Shown in pieces: positions 15,764 to 31,633 of a stretch of DNA of 64,000 bases. The stretch lies in the NCBI RefSeq assembly GCF_009914755.1, contig NC_060934.1; one strand, 5' to 3'. Each line of letters opens with the position of its first letter. Positions within the stretch are counted from its first letter, which is position 1. This DNA is from the human T2T-CHM13v2.0 reference genome, Homo sapiens. The position numbers and the translations under genes were made by a program. The notes beneath the pieces were generated by a model, which was not told the origin of the DNA, searched no databases, and saw nothing but the letters and a program-made list of their open reading frames with translations.

Positions 15764-16064
15764 GGCCAGGCATGCTGGCTCACACCTGTAATCCCAGCAC
15801 TTTGGGAAGCTGAGGTGGGTGGACCACTTGAGGTCAGGAGTTCAAGACCAGCCTGGCCAACATGGTGAAACCCCATCTCTACTAAAAATCCAAAAAGTAG
15901 CCAGGCATGGTGGCGTGCACCTATAATCCAAGCTACTGGGAAGGATGAGGAAGGGGAATCATTTGAACAAAGCAAACAGAAGTTGCAGGGAGCTCAGACC
16001 GCACCACTGCACTGCAGCCTGGGTGACAGAGTGAGACTGTCTAAAATAAATAAATAAATAAATA
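15764..16064 (+). mobile_element. AluSx/Sz-like
   Basis: Full-length with (TAAA)n tail; TSD ACAAGG(G/A)GAAGGCC. Confidence 0.95.
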
Positions 16065-16526
16065 ACAAGGAGAAGGCCTACAAGATCTAAAATCAGGAAT
16101 GAGAGGAAGATCTACTTTTAGACTAAATAAAACCTACTTATTTAGACTGAAAATCTTCATCTGAATATGCGATATATGTGTATATAATGCTTTTAATAAT
16201 AAAAAGTCACTATTAGATTTTTTTAAATGTCTGTCTCAAAGGTTCCACCAAAATATAACAAAGCAATTCTCATAAAGCCCCTGCAGTTCACTAACCTCCA
16301 TAATCCATTTGAGGTTTTTCAAGAAGACTGTGACACATTTTTTAACATTCTCTTAAAGTGTTTCTTACTCTAATGTCACATCCTGCCCTGAGGGGATGTG
16401 GGCATGTCCCAATAAGAACAGACCTTATGTGAGAGCACTGGTGAGAACAAGATTCCAATGGGCATTTACTAGGTCATATCTGACTAGGTCATATCTTAAT
16501 GTGCTACAAGATAAAGTGAGACTTAC

Positions 16527-16600
16527 CAGTAGAACCTGTTTGGTACAACCCCTTCTTGGATAAGCTGCCATCTTCTCCCAAATTCAGCAGAGCTGTATAA
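16527..16600 (-). CDS. SORCS1: SORCS1 internal coding exon (probably exon 5), 74 nt, phase 0-2
   Basis: Minus strand reads TTTCTGTTCTTTACAG|TTATACAGC...TTCTACTG|GTAAGT. It encodes LYSSAEFGRRWQLIQEGVVPNRFY(W), which continues the upstream exon in frame and contains a second Asp-box-like motif. Too short to appear in the ORF track. Confidence 0.96.
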
Positions 16601-16679
16601 CTGTAAAGAACAGAAATTACTCAGCACTATGGTTCTATAGTACATCAAATACACAAACATCAGTTCATTGGATCAATAG

Positions 16680-16890
16680 TAATAATAATAATACCCAACA
16701 TTTACTGAACACCTGCCATATACAAGGTGAGTGCTCCATGTGTACCATCTCTATTCCTTATACAAATTCTGCAAGTCAGACTAATATCATCATTTTACAG
16801 TTGAGGAAACTGAAGCTTAGAAGGATTAACCGACTTGTGAGAAATTACATGTCAAAGAAGTGGTTGAATGAACTGGAATGCACACCCTGT
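16680..16890 (-). mobile_element. MIR, about 80 nt upstream of the 74-nt exon acceptor
   Basis: cattttacagttgaggaaactgaagc is the reverse complement of the MIR core. Confidence 0.8.
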
Positions 16891-17278
16891 TCTGCCTGGC
16901 GATAAAGTCAGCTGTGCCACTTGACCTAGCATGTGCTGAGCATTGTGGGTGATGCAAAGAAGTGCAAAATCTAGACCTGGTTCTGGAAGAGTACGCAATG
17001 TAACCTGAACCTGGCTCACATAATGAGAAATGCACGAGGCAGCCAGTGAGAAAATAATGCAGAAGACAGGAGCCAATTTAGGGATGCTTTCCAGATGCTG
17101 TGGTGAAACAGCTGGGACCTGAACGAATGACAGCATTCAAATGGACAAAAATAGCATTATTCACAAAAGGAACAACATGAGTTAAAGTGGTAAGATAGAC
17201 AGGGACAAGATATAAATAAGCCTAGCTTATCTATGTAAGCTTATCTAAGTAATAATTACACATTATTCAGGCATCTAG

Positions 17279-17635
<357 letters not shown>

Positions 17636-19680
17636 TATTATTCATTCTTTGGCCATCATGCCTGGGGGAGACTGGTTTCCTGGGTACATTTCATGTTTGA
17701 TATATTTTATGAGTGCCAAGGAGAGATGGGTGACAACTCCCCTCATAGAGATAACAGAAGATGGGACAGGTCACACTGTCTTAACTGAGAACTCAAACAG
17801 CCAGTGTATACATGGCCTGCTTCTTGCTCTCAGCATGTCCTGAACACCTGGTATTTCAACACAGAGGACTGTACAACAACAGCAGGCACCCAACCCGAGA
17901 GTATCCGCTTCTCTCTCTCTCCCCTTTGTCTTCTTTTTTTTAAGCCCGGAGCTCTACTTCTTTCTATAAGTTTAAAGGGAACAGAGTTCATACCATTGTG
18001 GTGTGCCTATGTCATATAGATATATCGATATTTAGTAACATACAAAAATTAATGCAAATGTAAAAGTATCAGGACAGTTCAAAATAATAATATGTCTGGG
18101 TAACAGGCTGAACTCATATACATGCTGCAAGAATAATATATAAACTCTGTGTGCTCCTATGGCTATACCAAAGGATTGCTATTCCTGCTCCCACAGAGAA
18201 TTCATCTCTGTGAGGAATTGTTGGGCGCCAGCGTTTGTGGTTCTTTTTTTCTCTTGTTAAATGTATCCCCTAAGCTTGAATCTGGAGCCTGTGGACCACT
18301 CAGGTATGTCCCATGACATTTGTTTATATCTTCAAAGAGCAACTTTGTTATTTGTGAGCATATAGAGGCCCCTCAAGTGGTGGGTATACAAAACAATCCA
18401 CTAAACCAAGCCTCTCTTATTCAGCTTACTGAGATTCTTTCAATTTACTCTCTCCAAAGGTAACTTTCGGTCCTGGTGGGCTGGCCCTGTCACCTTCTCA
18501 CACATGCCCTGCTACGCCTTCACTGAGGCTGCCCACTCTGGCAGAAGTGGCTTCAAGACTTTCCTTCTTCAACACCAGTCTTGTTTTCAGAGCCAGATGA
18601 AAGGCCACCTCTTCTATGAACCCTCCTCTACCTACTAAGATTCCTACCGGTCTCATCTCCAAAGAACTGTGGAACAAGAGCAGATGCTATCAAACTACCA
18701 GCCACGTATTTATATTTAATTCTCTTAATAGCCTTTCAAGAGAACCTTTCACAAATGCAAGGCAGAAATTCCTTTCTATCTAAAATTACTCTAAAATATC
18801 TAAGACCACTTCCTGCCTCTTTAATGAGATTGCAAAGCTTTTAGATGTTGGAAATCCTATCCTTCTACGTGTACGGGTGCCTCAAACACAGTAGATGATA
18901 AAGGAAAAAGATAATGATTTTGTACCACGTGAATTTCCTAGTCACGTTTCTACCTAATAGAGAACACAGGTTTCACAATTGGTGTACAAAGAAAATTTAT
19001 CAGAGGAATATGTTTTGCTTCCATGGATTTATAACTAGAGGCGTATACCTAAAAAACAAATAAAACACACATCCACAAAACCCTATAAATATCAGTATAT
19101 TTGAAACTCCCAAGGATTTGAAAGCAGAGTCTTGAATATTCACTTTTAGACAAAATTGCTCTATATTCTCCACCTACTACTTCAGACATTTTCTCCCTAA
19201 AAAATTAATTGTCCAGCCTGGTGTTATACCGACCAAAAAGAAAACAACAACTCTGCCATTCAAGTTAACGTGTTAATTAAACCTACAGAGTCTGGAAGCA
19301 AAGTGCTCCTCCACAAAGAAGGGAATGGTATCAAAGCATTTTACCCAATGACTGTCTCAGCCACCAGCGGAAGGCTTTCCCTGTAGAATGAGTCAATGTC
19401 CTTTAATAAAATTCATAGTGTTGGCAGCACCTAAGTAAGATTTATTTCCCTCCCTGTCTGTCTCTGACTCCAAGGTTTCTTTTGACTGTCAGAACACGGA
19501 ACTGAGAACTATCATTACTATCTGTCACATCAGAGAAAGCAGCAGCAGCTTTCTCTAGCTATGCCAAGCTTAGAGAAAGATAGAAAGATTAGGAAGAGAA
19601 TGAAAGAGTACTTAAACTAGTTTTAGGAGGGCACTATTCCTCTACTAGTGCCGTGTCATGAACTTAAAAATGCCATTCTT

Positions 19681-20056
<376 letters not shown>

Positions 20057-22392
20057 TTAGAGAACAGGGAAAGATTCTGGTTATATCTGCAATAAGAATG
20101 CAACACAGAAAATCCTTTCTGTGTAAAATCATTCTAAAGTATCTGTGACTACATTGCATTAGTAAATACAACTTAATGAGCACAAACCCAACACTCACCT
20201 GTGCTCAAGATCTATTAGCAGCCTTAGGGCCTAACCCTCCACACTGTCATTATGCTACTCTGGGGCTATTAGCACTTCTCTCTCTATCCTGACATGTTCC
20301 TCTCCTGAAGGGTTTTTTTTTTTAAGACATCTTTCACATTGGCTTGTTTCCTTGCCATCTGTCTTTGTTTGCTTTAAGAAGAATGCAGATAAAAATACAC
20401 TTAATTCCAAAGGATGAAATTGCCAGGGTTAGTTTCATTGAGAGCTTTGAGCCAACTGTTAGGCATCTCTGGCGCCATCCTCTGAATGTCTTTGGAGCTG
20501 CCAGTTGGGTGGTAGGCACTGACAAAGAGGGATGCCACAGCAGGGCAAAATAGCCTGGGGGAGGGAAAGAATGGGATGCACTGGTTTTGCTCAATTCCTA
20601 GTCTACAGCAGATGAAGATGGGATGAGAGAAGGGTAGCAGCCATTTCCAACTTTCATTTCCACCTTAACATTCACATTTTGGTTAAATCCCTAGAAGAGT
20701 GACAACTTGCTACTAGATAAGAAATTCAACTCCTTGTGGTGATCCACAAGCTTGCAATTGTCAGTGTCCCTAGAAAGTCTTTTCAATATTCCTAAATCGG
20801 ATCAACGTATCCTCTCTTTTCAGATTGTTAGACAGGTGCACGTGATAGAATTCTCTTTTGCAGCTGGGAAATGAGTGAAAGAGCATCCATTTCAAAGAAA
20901 TTTGTGCTACGAGAATTCCATAGAAGCTAAGAGTTGTGATAACGTTTTAAGTCTTTGGTTCATGGGACCAGATGTTGTTCACCACAAAGCTTCCCACGGT
21001 GGCTTCCCCGGTCAAGGGGTAGTTTCCTGGGGATCCTCCACACAGGCTCCTTAGGAGGCGCCTGTGTTGGCGGAAAACATCCTGCTGTCGGCTCTTTTCA
21101 AGGTTGCCTGCCCACTCCTCTTTCCTTCTCTCCTCTTAACATTTTGGAAGCAGGGGGCCTGCAAATTGTACTTCTTGAAAAGGCTGACAGAAAATCCTGC
21201 CAGTTCTATTTTATTTGCCTCATCCTAATACTGCCCTGGGGATGGCCTGGGTACAAAGCACTCATCCACCTTATGACTCTCTGCTTCTCACTGCTGTTCC
21301 TCCATCCTTTTTTAGCAAGAAAGAGATGGTACCTTAAGGACTTCATATAAATTCCTAATGCCAGGCCTGAGGCATCACAAATATCAAGTTCTTTTTTCCA
21401 TCACCCTCAATAGGAAGAAAGAGAATCAGTCCAGAGAAAAATGCGGTCCTCAGAAGTATGTTCTGATGCTCTGGTTCCACAGCATAGGAGGGGGCCACGA
21501 CCCATGCAAAGGGGAACCAAAATCTACAACACTTAAAAGGATTCCATAAACTTCACTAAGAGCTGACACAAGTCTTTAACTTGGCTGTTCCGTACAGAGA
21601 GCAGATAGTGAAAGAGCCATGATGCCCAATCCAGACCCCCACACCCAACCCTGCCCCAATAGATTTAAGTTTCTCAAAGAAAATGTTGTGTATTAGTGAT
21701 ATCACAGACAACCTACAGTAATGTGTAATATTTTGTGCACAGTGTTGTAGTGGCCTATGTTGTAGAGAAAAAGTTTGGAATTTGCAAAAGAATTCACAGC
21801 GGGCTTTGTAATACAATTAATATGTCTTAGAATGAAGACATGCAGAAAAAGTGTTCTAGGGGAATGGGTCAGTCTGTGCAAATAAACAGAGCAGCAAAAC
21901 TCAGGGTGATGTTCTCACATTTCTTTGGTCAATAGCAAGAGACCCAGTTTGGCTGGGATACATAATAGAGTGAAGTGGAAGCTGGGGCTACAAAGAGAGC
22001 CTGGAACCAGGCTGGGTAGGTGCAATCTTACCAATACTTGTGGGGAGCTGATGTAGACTGGATCCAAATGTCATTAAGGTCAAAAGATAAGAGTATCAAA
22101 GCTGAACAGTCAGGCTTTGCTGATGAAGGCTGGGCAGGAATGATGGCCTATTGCTGGTTCCACCAATCTCTCCTACAGCTGGATTTATCAAATTTGTCAC
22201 TGCCCATTCCCCAGCTGTCACTGAAGTCTGTCAAATGCCCTACAGTTGAGGGTGGTACTCTGAAGCTTGGAAGATTAGACTTACGGAACTAGAGCCGGTT
22301 GGGAAGGGAGGGCCAATATATGACTGTGGGCGAGTTTGATTTGTGAACACCTCCTGTGCATTCAGGTCTGGAGGTATATAGGAAAATGATAA

Positions 22393-22729
<337 letters not shown>

Positions 22730-23759
22730 CCTTAAAGGTTCTTAAAGACAAGCGTTGGTGGCATAGAACAGATGAAGAACTAGCTAAAAATTTGGACAAA
22801 CAAATACCTCTCTTTCAAAGCCTACAAAACTATTAAATAGCACAATTGTGCCTGTTCAAATCTTAAACCCAATTGCTTGTTTTAAAATGTTCATTTCTCC
22901 TTATTCTTGTAGCTCTATTTTTTTTTCCCGAAATCATTAGAAACAGGCAAATCAAACTGTTCCAGGTAGCAATTGAAAAATAATGATACAACCTGTTTAA
23001 ACACAGTATCTAAGGTGAACGTAGTAGGCCTTCCTTGTTTGCATATGATGGCATTTCAGCTTGAGAATTCGTTTTATAAACAAGTGTTGGGGTTGACATT
23101 TAGCGAGCTCCCTGGTTTCCACTCTAATTGCCAGTTTTGTACTTGGATACTTAAATTACTCACATATTCATGAGGTTAGAAATCAGATCTGACACTGGGA
23201 AATTTCAAGCACATGAAAATCCTGCCAAACCAGCATGGTATATAATGCTCAACATATTTCTTATAAAAAACTGAGTGCCTTTTAACTTAATGCAGTGCCT
23301 TGGGGAAACATGATGGCATTAGGTAGATATCAGTTTCCTAAGTGTTTGTGCTTGTGCAGAAATCATTTGAATATCCCCAGGGGGTTGAATTTCAAGGATC
23401 AATTTGTCTTTATCTCAATCTTGCCCTTTTGACATTAAGGGGCTGCTAGGTCTATTAAAAAACAAATAGAGTTAATGTGAAGATAAATACTTTAATATTT
23501 AATGGTTTTCTATTGTTATAATCAATAATATTTCTAAGTACCACATATCTGTCGGTCCTGTTCCATTCATTCTGCTTCCATGGGACCTTTTAGTGATTGT
23601 CTAAAAAGGCATTTAAATTAAATTGATTAAAGTGCCTGTAGCTCTGCGTACTGGAAAGGCACAGGGATAAGACAGCCTCTGCCTAAGACATGCTTTGTCT
23701 AATTCCAGCTGCACCACACCAGGGGTGCTTTCTTTCAGGTCTTTGGATAATACACTGGC

Positions 23760-23975
23760 TGGCATCTATGCCATGTTTGCTATGTGTCAGGCTCTGTGTT
23801 CATATTTTGCATGCGTTATCTCAGTATCATCAAATAGTCCCATGAGCCAGGTACTCTTATTATTGTTCCCACTTTACAGTTGGAGAAACTACATTTAAAC
23901 GACCTGTTGAAGGTCACAGAGCAGGGGTAGGACGTGACAGAGCAGAGAGCTGATCCTCTTACCAGCTCACTCTAC
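23760..23975 (-). mobile_element. MIR
   Basis: ctatgtgtcaggctctgtg...cccactttacagttggagaaact...aaggtcacag. Confidence 0.65.
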
Positions 23976-24142
23976 TGTCGGTCAGTGGTGAGAAACCTTA
24001 GTATGACTGAGATTTTGAAAGCGCTGGCATCTATTTCTTTATTAAGTAGTCAATATTTCCCAGGGAATGTCTGCCATTGAAAGCAGCCATGATAAGTATT
24101 GCCCTTCTGTGAAGGCTCACTCAGGAAAAGAAAGGAACAATT

Positions 24143-24488
<346 letters not shown>

Positions 24489-24752
24489 TTATAGATATGT
24501 TTATAGATATACATGTAGAATAGATATGAAACTTTAAAAACATTGCAGGACTGGTAGAGAGAGAAAGAAGGCAGAGAACTAAAATTAGTTCTTTTTTAAT
24601 AAAATTCACTTTTATGCATGTTACTAAAATTCTGTCATTGGCTGTTCATCACATTGGCAGTCCATTTTTCCTTTTCTATCACCATATGATTTTAACTGAA
24701 AGTCAGCCTTCATTTCTGAAGAGAATGCCAGCTGTTAATATTTAGAGTTTCC

Positions 24753-25046
<294 letters not shown>

Positions 25047-25589
25047 TTAGATTTTCCATTATTTGTAAACAGAACCTCCCTATCAAAGCCTGTTTTCTGC
25101 CTTTAAAAGTATGTTTTGGTATCTGACACATATGTACCAAAAAATGTTGAAGGGAAGGCCAACATACAGGCCTTAGGATTTTCTGTTTATTTCATAAACT
25201 GTGATCCTTTGGAATTTAAAGAAGATCAGGAATGAAGCAAGTTTTCCACATGTTCTTACTTGGACTCATAGAGCTCCAAAATAAGCGAGTCAATATAAAC
25301 TTACAAATATTCTAGAACTGCCACAAAATAAAGGGTGGCCCACCAAACTGTCCTAAAAGTTTTATTCTCCCTCGACAAAACCGATCATTTATTTGAATGT
25401 ACTTTTTTCAAAAAATCGCAAAAAAAAAAAAAAAATTAACATCTTCTCAAATAAAATCAAAAGAGAGACCCATGAACAAAGAAAAACAAAGATAATGGGA
25501 AAGAAGAAAGGACAACCACAGGGCAGCAGATGAGGTTTATTTGTCCTATGCAGTGCTTCTTTTTAAATTTCTGAGGTCATTGTTACACA

Positions 25590-25830
25590 CATAAAAATAA
25601 GAAAACTTCACATTGAAAACAAAGCAGAATTACTTCTCTCAAAAAAAGAAAGAATTCTGAAGGTCTGGTGACATTGGACCCACCTTCCTACATGGCAAGA
25701 ACAGCAGGCTAGAGCTTGACAATATCCCTCCCTCCTTCTAAATGAACACCTGCTCTCCAACTTCCCACAGCCTGGACCCAGCCTGTTTTGTTCAGTTGTA
25801 CTTCTTGCCTGTTTGTATAGGAACTGCGTT
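25590..25830. mobile_element. hAT-Charlie relic (MER102-like)
   Basis: gtctggtgacattggacccaccttcctacatggcaa resembles recalled MER102 sequence. Confidence 0.4.
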
Positions 25831-26938
25831 CATGCTCTACGTGGTCTTGAACGTCCACAAGGGTGGGAATTGCACAGGACAGGAGAAGAGCAGCCCTTCC
25901 TGCTCCTGGTAAGGGGCAGCAGGCCCTTCTCTGGAGCTACCTGAAGAAGAGGTCTGGATAAGGACAGCAAGGGGCCTCTGCTCTCCAGCCACTCAGCAGC
26001 AAGAGTCCTGACAGCGTTCATGTTGGTTTCACAACATGGCACTCTCCCCTTTACAAATCACGTCTCCGTTGCAAATCCTAACAGAGGCTCCAAGAGCCCT
26101 TACCCCGGCATAGACAGCAAAGCTGAGGTATACACAGATTCTTATACTTCTCTCCTGTTTTTTTTTTTTAAATTTCCTTACAGTCACATCTGCTCTTTGT
26201 TTTCTCTCATTTCAAATGTTTCCCAACACATCATGTTTAGTGAGGTGTTTAAGACAGACTGAGAGATGCCGTTGGAGGCAATGTTTTATAGCACAGTTTG
26301 TACACTAGTTTATTGCCAAATTGAAATAAAGATGTAATCTGGCAGGCTCAGCCTTCTGCTAAGCCTTCCTTGGGTGGTTTCCTGTATTGAGGCAAGAAAG
26401 TCAGCTAGCAATGAAGTAAAGGACTATATCTCCTTTCTCTTATCTGCTCAGTTTCCAAATGCAAAGAATTTTTTTAAATGGGTAGAATGCTTGGTTTGCC
26501 TACTGTTTAAATTATAGAAATAAAAAAAGTAAATTAATAAAAGAAAGCAACATTTTGGTGCTCCTATAATAAATGCCATGGAATTCTTCATACTTTCCAC
26601 AAGGATTCATTGTTTTAAAAATGTGAGGGGTGGGATTGTAGACACCAAGTAGCCCCCTGTCCATTTGAAACAGAATCTCTATAATTGTATCTATAATGTT
26701 CCTTTTTCTGAAGATTTCAGGGCTTTCCAAAGGCACATCCTCACATAGGCCCTTCAGAGGCCAAGTCCAGCTCCTATGTCTTTACTCGATAAGTCTCAGG
26801 GCAGGGTTTCCTATGAACGCAGGCTACTTATTTAAGAATTTCAATGGGTAAAAGGCTCCACACATTTTCCTTTCAGTCATTCTAGTGGTGCCTGGATAGC
26901 CACATCCCCAGACAAGATAGCATTTACCTCTTGGCAAC

Positions 26939-27492
26939 TATGATGGTGGTCAATTTTATGTGTCGACTTGGCTAAGAGATGCCCAAAGAGCTGATAAAAC
27001 TTATCTGGGTATATCTGTAAGGGTTTTTTTAGAAGACATTAGTGCCTAAATCAGTAGGCTGAGAAAATCCACCCTCTCCAGTGTGGGCAAGCATCATCCA
27101 ATCCTTGGAGGTGTTGAATAGAAAAGGCAGAGGGAGGGTGAATTCCCTCTTTCTTTTTGAGCTGGGATATCCATCTGTCTCCCCTGGCCCTCAGACATCA
27201 GAGTTCCTGGTTCTCAGGACTTTGGACTTGGACCAGGACTTACACCATTGGTTCCACCCCCAACCAATTCTCAGGCCTTCAAACTTGGACTGAATTATAC
27301 CACTGGCATTCTTGGTTGTCCAGCTTGCAGATGGCAGATCTTGGGACTTATAAGCCTCCACAATTACATGAGTAAATTCCCATAATCAATCAATCAATCA
27401 ATCAATCAATCTCTCTCTCTCTCTCTCTCCCCTCCTCTCTCTCTCTCCTCCCCTTATTGGTTCTGTTTCTTTGGAGAATCCTTAATAATACA
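26939..27492 (+). mobile_element. MLT2B-type ERVL solo LTR with internal (AATC)n and (CT)n tracts
   Basis: tgatgg...aattttatgtgtcgacttgg start; ttggttctgtttctttggagaatccttaataataca end. Confidence 0.85.
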
Positions 27493-28606
27493 ACCACCTA
27501 GATGTTGAATATCACAAATAGATTTCTCCTTCTAAGTAAAAACAAAAAATATCAAAAACCTTGGTTTGTGAATTCTGAGGACATTTGGCCATACACATTC
27601 TTCCCTGATTAAAACCACCTTTTAAAATCTTAATATGACCTCCCATAGGACTGATATCCAGTAAAATTCTATCTTGGACCAGAAAGGAACACCTGTTCAA
27701 CAAAACTCTTTGAGTCCCTTATAATGCCCACATCAAAAAGCCTCCACTGGGATTTAGGCACCCAAAATGAAACACAATTAGAGCAGGGTACCGCAGCTCA
27801 TATACGGTCTATCCTGCAGGCCGGAGCTCCAAACTCTGTCCTTAGGAGCTTAAAAGTCACATGCACTGAAGGAGAGAAAAAGCAATGTCAGGGAGATAAG
27901 GGGAAAATAAATGTGGCTATGTGTTCAAAAGACGGAGAGTATGCCTTAAAAAAACAAGGAAGCCAGCAAATAAAGAAAAAGAGAAAAGAGGAGGACCCTG
28001 TTCATAGGAATTGCCACCTCAATAATGCATTTTCTAAGGGATTGTTCACCACAATTTGATGTAAAACAGCATCCAGCAGAGATAATACTAAGTAAGATCC
28101 TAGCTGGGAGATCTGCAGCAGTGACATTAGCAGCTGTCACAGAAAAACTGATGAGCAATACTTACATGAAAGAATAAATGTTCCTGTTTCCTAGGCAAGG
28201 GCAGTCACTGGCCAGCCAACACCAGCACATGGTCCTCCTTGTTGCCACACATCTCATCAGTGCTAAAAGTTCCACGACCCATGGGGGACTGTCAGCTTTT
28301 ATTTCCGTATCACTGACCCACCTGAGTGGCCACAGACCCTCTCAACTTGACTTCCAGCCAATGCCATCAGCTAACGGCTGCGGCTCACTCCCTTCCAGCG
28401 AATGCCCCACTCCCTATTCTGTGATTCAAGCCTTGAGATACGGAGGTCTTCTCTGATTCCTACTTGTAGAGCTGGCTATCCATGATGTGTTTTTTCCAGT
28501 ATGATTTATCCTTCATCCTCTCTTAAAGAAACAGAGAGGTCAGTAGAAAGCCTGGCTCTTTCCCATCTGTTCATCTCAAAATATCACCTTCAAAAACGAG
28601 AACCCT

Positions 28607-29004
<398 letters not shown>

Positions 29005-29363
29005 TTAGATATTTAGATCCTTGGCCTCATACAGAAAAACAACAACAAATAAATGAAGACTGCTTCCAACTTTAAAATGACAGGATTCATTGGGTCTGTG
29101 GTCACAAAGGGTACCTTTTGGTTCTTACCCTTAGCATCTGATGCCAGGACTGCTGTAATATCATCCCAACTGGTCTTGTTTTTGACCTCATATTACCACA
29201 GTTTATACTGATATTACTACTGATTAACGCTTGAAATCTATAGCCCTAAACATATCATTCTCTGGATGCAAATTTCTGAAGGCTCCTAATTAAGGAAACA
29301 AAAATTAGTTTTCCTAAAAATCAAACAGCCAAAACAGTGAAAAATAATAAGGATTAGGTTCCA

Positions 29364-29365
<2 letters not shown>

Positions 29366-29399
<34 letters not shown>
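29366..29399. repeat. (GT)17 microsatellite
   Basis: Pure GT run. Confidence 0.97.
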
Positions 29400-29404
<5 letters not shown>

Positions 29405-31474
29405 ATAACTAGCTATAACAAATTTTAGTTTCAGCCAAATAGAAAAATTTGCAATTTTGTAAATGTGATTTTTACAATTTCATGTATATGACATTCCTGT
29501 TGTAAAAAATTGGCCTCCCCTACTGTTACAATAGAAATCCGACATATCCATTAAAGTCCAGCTGAAGTCATTTTGTAAGACTTCTAGAGTAGACAGATCA
29601 CTAGATCTCTATCTCCTGAACTTTGAGCTACCAATTTAATGTAATTCATCCAGTCCCTTGTATATAATATTCAGTGACAGCACTGCCTTTGTGGCCTCTC
29701 TTAAACTATTGGTCAACTCATATGTGTTAATCATCTATCTCCAGATGGATAGAATATTGTTATTTTATATCAACACTGTATCATGCATGGCACTTAAAAG
29801 AGATGTGGCATCTAACATTTGTTTCTTTTTAAATCACTTTGGAAGGGTACCTACAATTATAATTATCCATACAAACACATTTTAACGCAAAGGAAACCAA
29901 CGCTAAATACTATTCACCATAAGTAGCTGGGATGAAGTCACAGCCCAGGCATCCTAACTGGTCTTGTATCATCCACTCTGCCACAGTGACCATGGGAGGC
30001 ACTCTTTGAAGTGCTGGGAACGAAAGGGTTACATATTTGGGCATCTCCTCCAGCATAACTGCAAAGATGCAAAGCTTTTACTTAGGCAGGTAAATCTGGT
30101 CCTCGCTGTGCCTCTGGCATCGGTGGGGGGGAATTAACCAACTGTCGAATAAAATGTAACAACCCTGTGGATTAAATGACTAATACTCTGTCTGAGCTGG
30201 TCAGGCTTCGCCTCTGTTAATTGCACCATCCTGGACCAGATGCACTGTGGCTTGACTCCAGAAACAAAATTGTACATTCTGCTGAAAGGGTAGCCAGGCT
30301 GCTCAACAGGAAAAAAAAATGAATTGTAAATTCTTTCTATTTTTAGGATTAATGTGCATTTTATTTGGCAGTAGGGGCAGCATGAATAAAACTCCAATCT
30401 TAAGAATTTTAATTTGCTTCCTTTAAAATGCTCCTGTCAGTAGAGACCTTGGGAAGTTGCTCATACCATTCTCCTACCTTCAAAAATGCCACATATCTAT
30501 GCAAACCCAGACAAATGAAACCCCAGAATATTCACCTCACTTAGTTAAGTCCAGTATTTCTTTAAATTTATATAATTTCTAATTCATGATCCCTCTAAGG
30601 AGAATTCTCAGAATGACTTCACTGCATAATGCATTTCACAAGGAGTATTCTAGTATTTCACCAATTATCCCTCTGGTTTTTATGGCCAGAGTCTCTCTCA
30701 CATTTGCCTGTGTAAATGCTGTTTCTTTTCATTTTAATTTAATTTTATTAGCTATTGCTAGCCTTTTATTCTACCTGAGAAAGCAAGTTCCTTAAAGGCA
30801 GGGACCATATGTATGTTATAGTATATATGTCGTATAGAGTACATAATATATATTATAGGATGACATTTTATGGGTCATATGCACATATACACACACACAG
30901 CTAATACCATGAGCTCATTTAATCCTTTCTTACGAAGTGGACTTCTTCAACTTTACCACCAAGTGAAGAAAAGTTCTGAGATGACTAGGTTCTGCATAAG
31001 GTTACCTATATACATCATTATTGTTCCTCTGGCCATTTCTCTCAGTGTTTTAGAACAACCCTGCTTCGTGTTCTTAAACTTTTCAGGGTTATGCTTCCCT
31101 TTAAGAGTTTGAGAAAAGCCATGGGTCTTTCACCAAGAGAAATGATCACCAATCCACAAACATAAGACACTGTCTCCAATTCAGTGGGGGTCAGAGGCTC
31201 CTGACTGCCTTAAGCATCTATGCTGAGAACTGCTTCTCCACCATGTCTTACTTAGTACACCTAATCTTTATTTGGTAAGTGGTTTCAGATATTTACATGA
31301 TTTAAACAAGCAACCTGAGACTCTCCTTGCTTTCCCTTGTCCCATTAGCACAGAGGTCAGGCTACTGCTCAGAACAAAAATGATCACTGAGGTGAAATGG
31401 AGAGATGATTAAATTAGCACTATTTTCCCCGGAGAACCATGCTTCATTGTCTCAAACAAGGTAAGTATGCTCAC

Positions 31475-31633
31475 CTTTTGGTCTTGACTGTATGCCAGAA
31501 TCCAGTCTTCTTGTTTGGGGTGAAAAAGCAAGCTTTGAATGTAGAAGTTCAGCCGGTACTTTTGATAAGTTGCCCCTTCATCTGAGCTGATCAATAAACT
31601 GCTCTCAATCTCCGGGTCTGTGAGTAACATTAT
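31475..31633 (-). CDS. SORCS1: SORCS1 internal coding exon (probably exon 4), VPS10 beta-propeller, 159 nt, phase 0-0
   Basis: Minus strand reads ...TTCTTTGCTGCAG|ATAATG...CAAAAG|GTGAGC. It encodes 53 aa, IMLLTDPEIESSLLISSDEGATYQKYRLNFYIQSLLFHPKQEDWILAYSQDQK, with an Asp-box/BNR motif (SSDEGATY). Peptide recognised as SorCS1; exon number is from memory. Confidence 0.96.

Noticed and set aside
31457-31466. Consensus plus-strand splice donor AAG|GTAAGT next to the SORCS1 donor, hinting at an antisense exon
   Set aside because: No plus-strand acceptor or transcript support visible; such motifs occur by chance (another near 41870).
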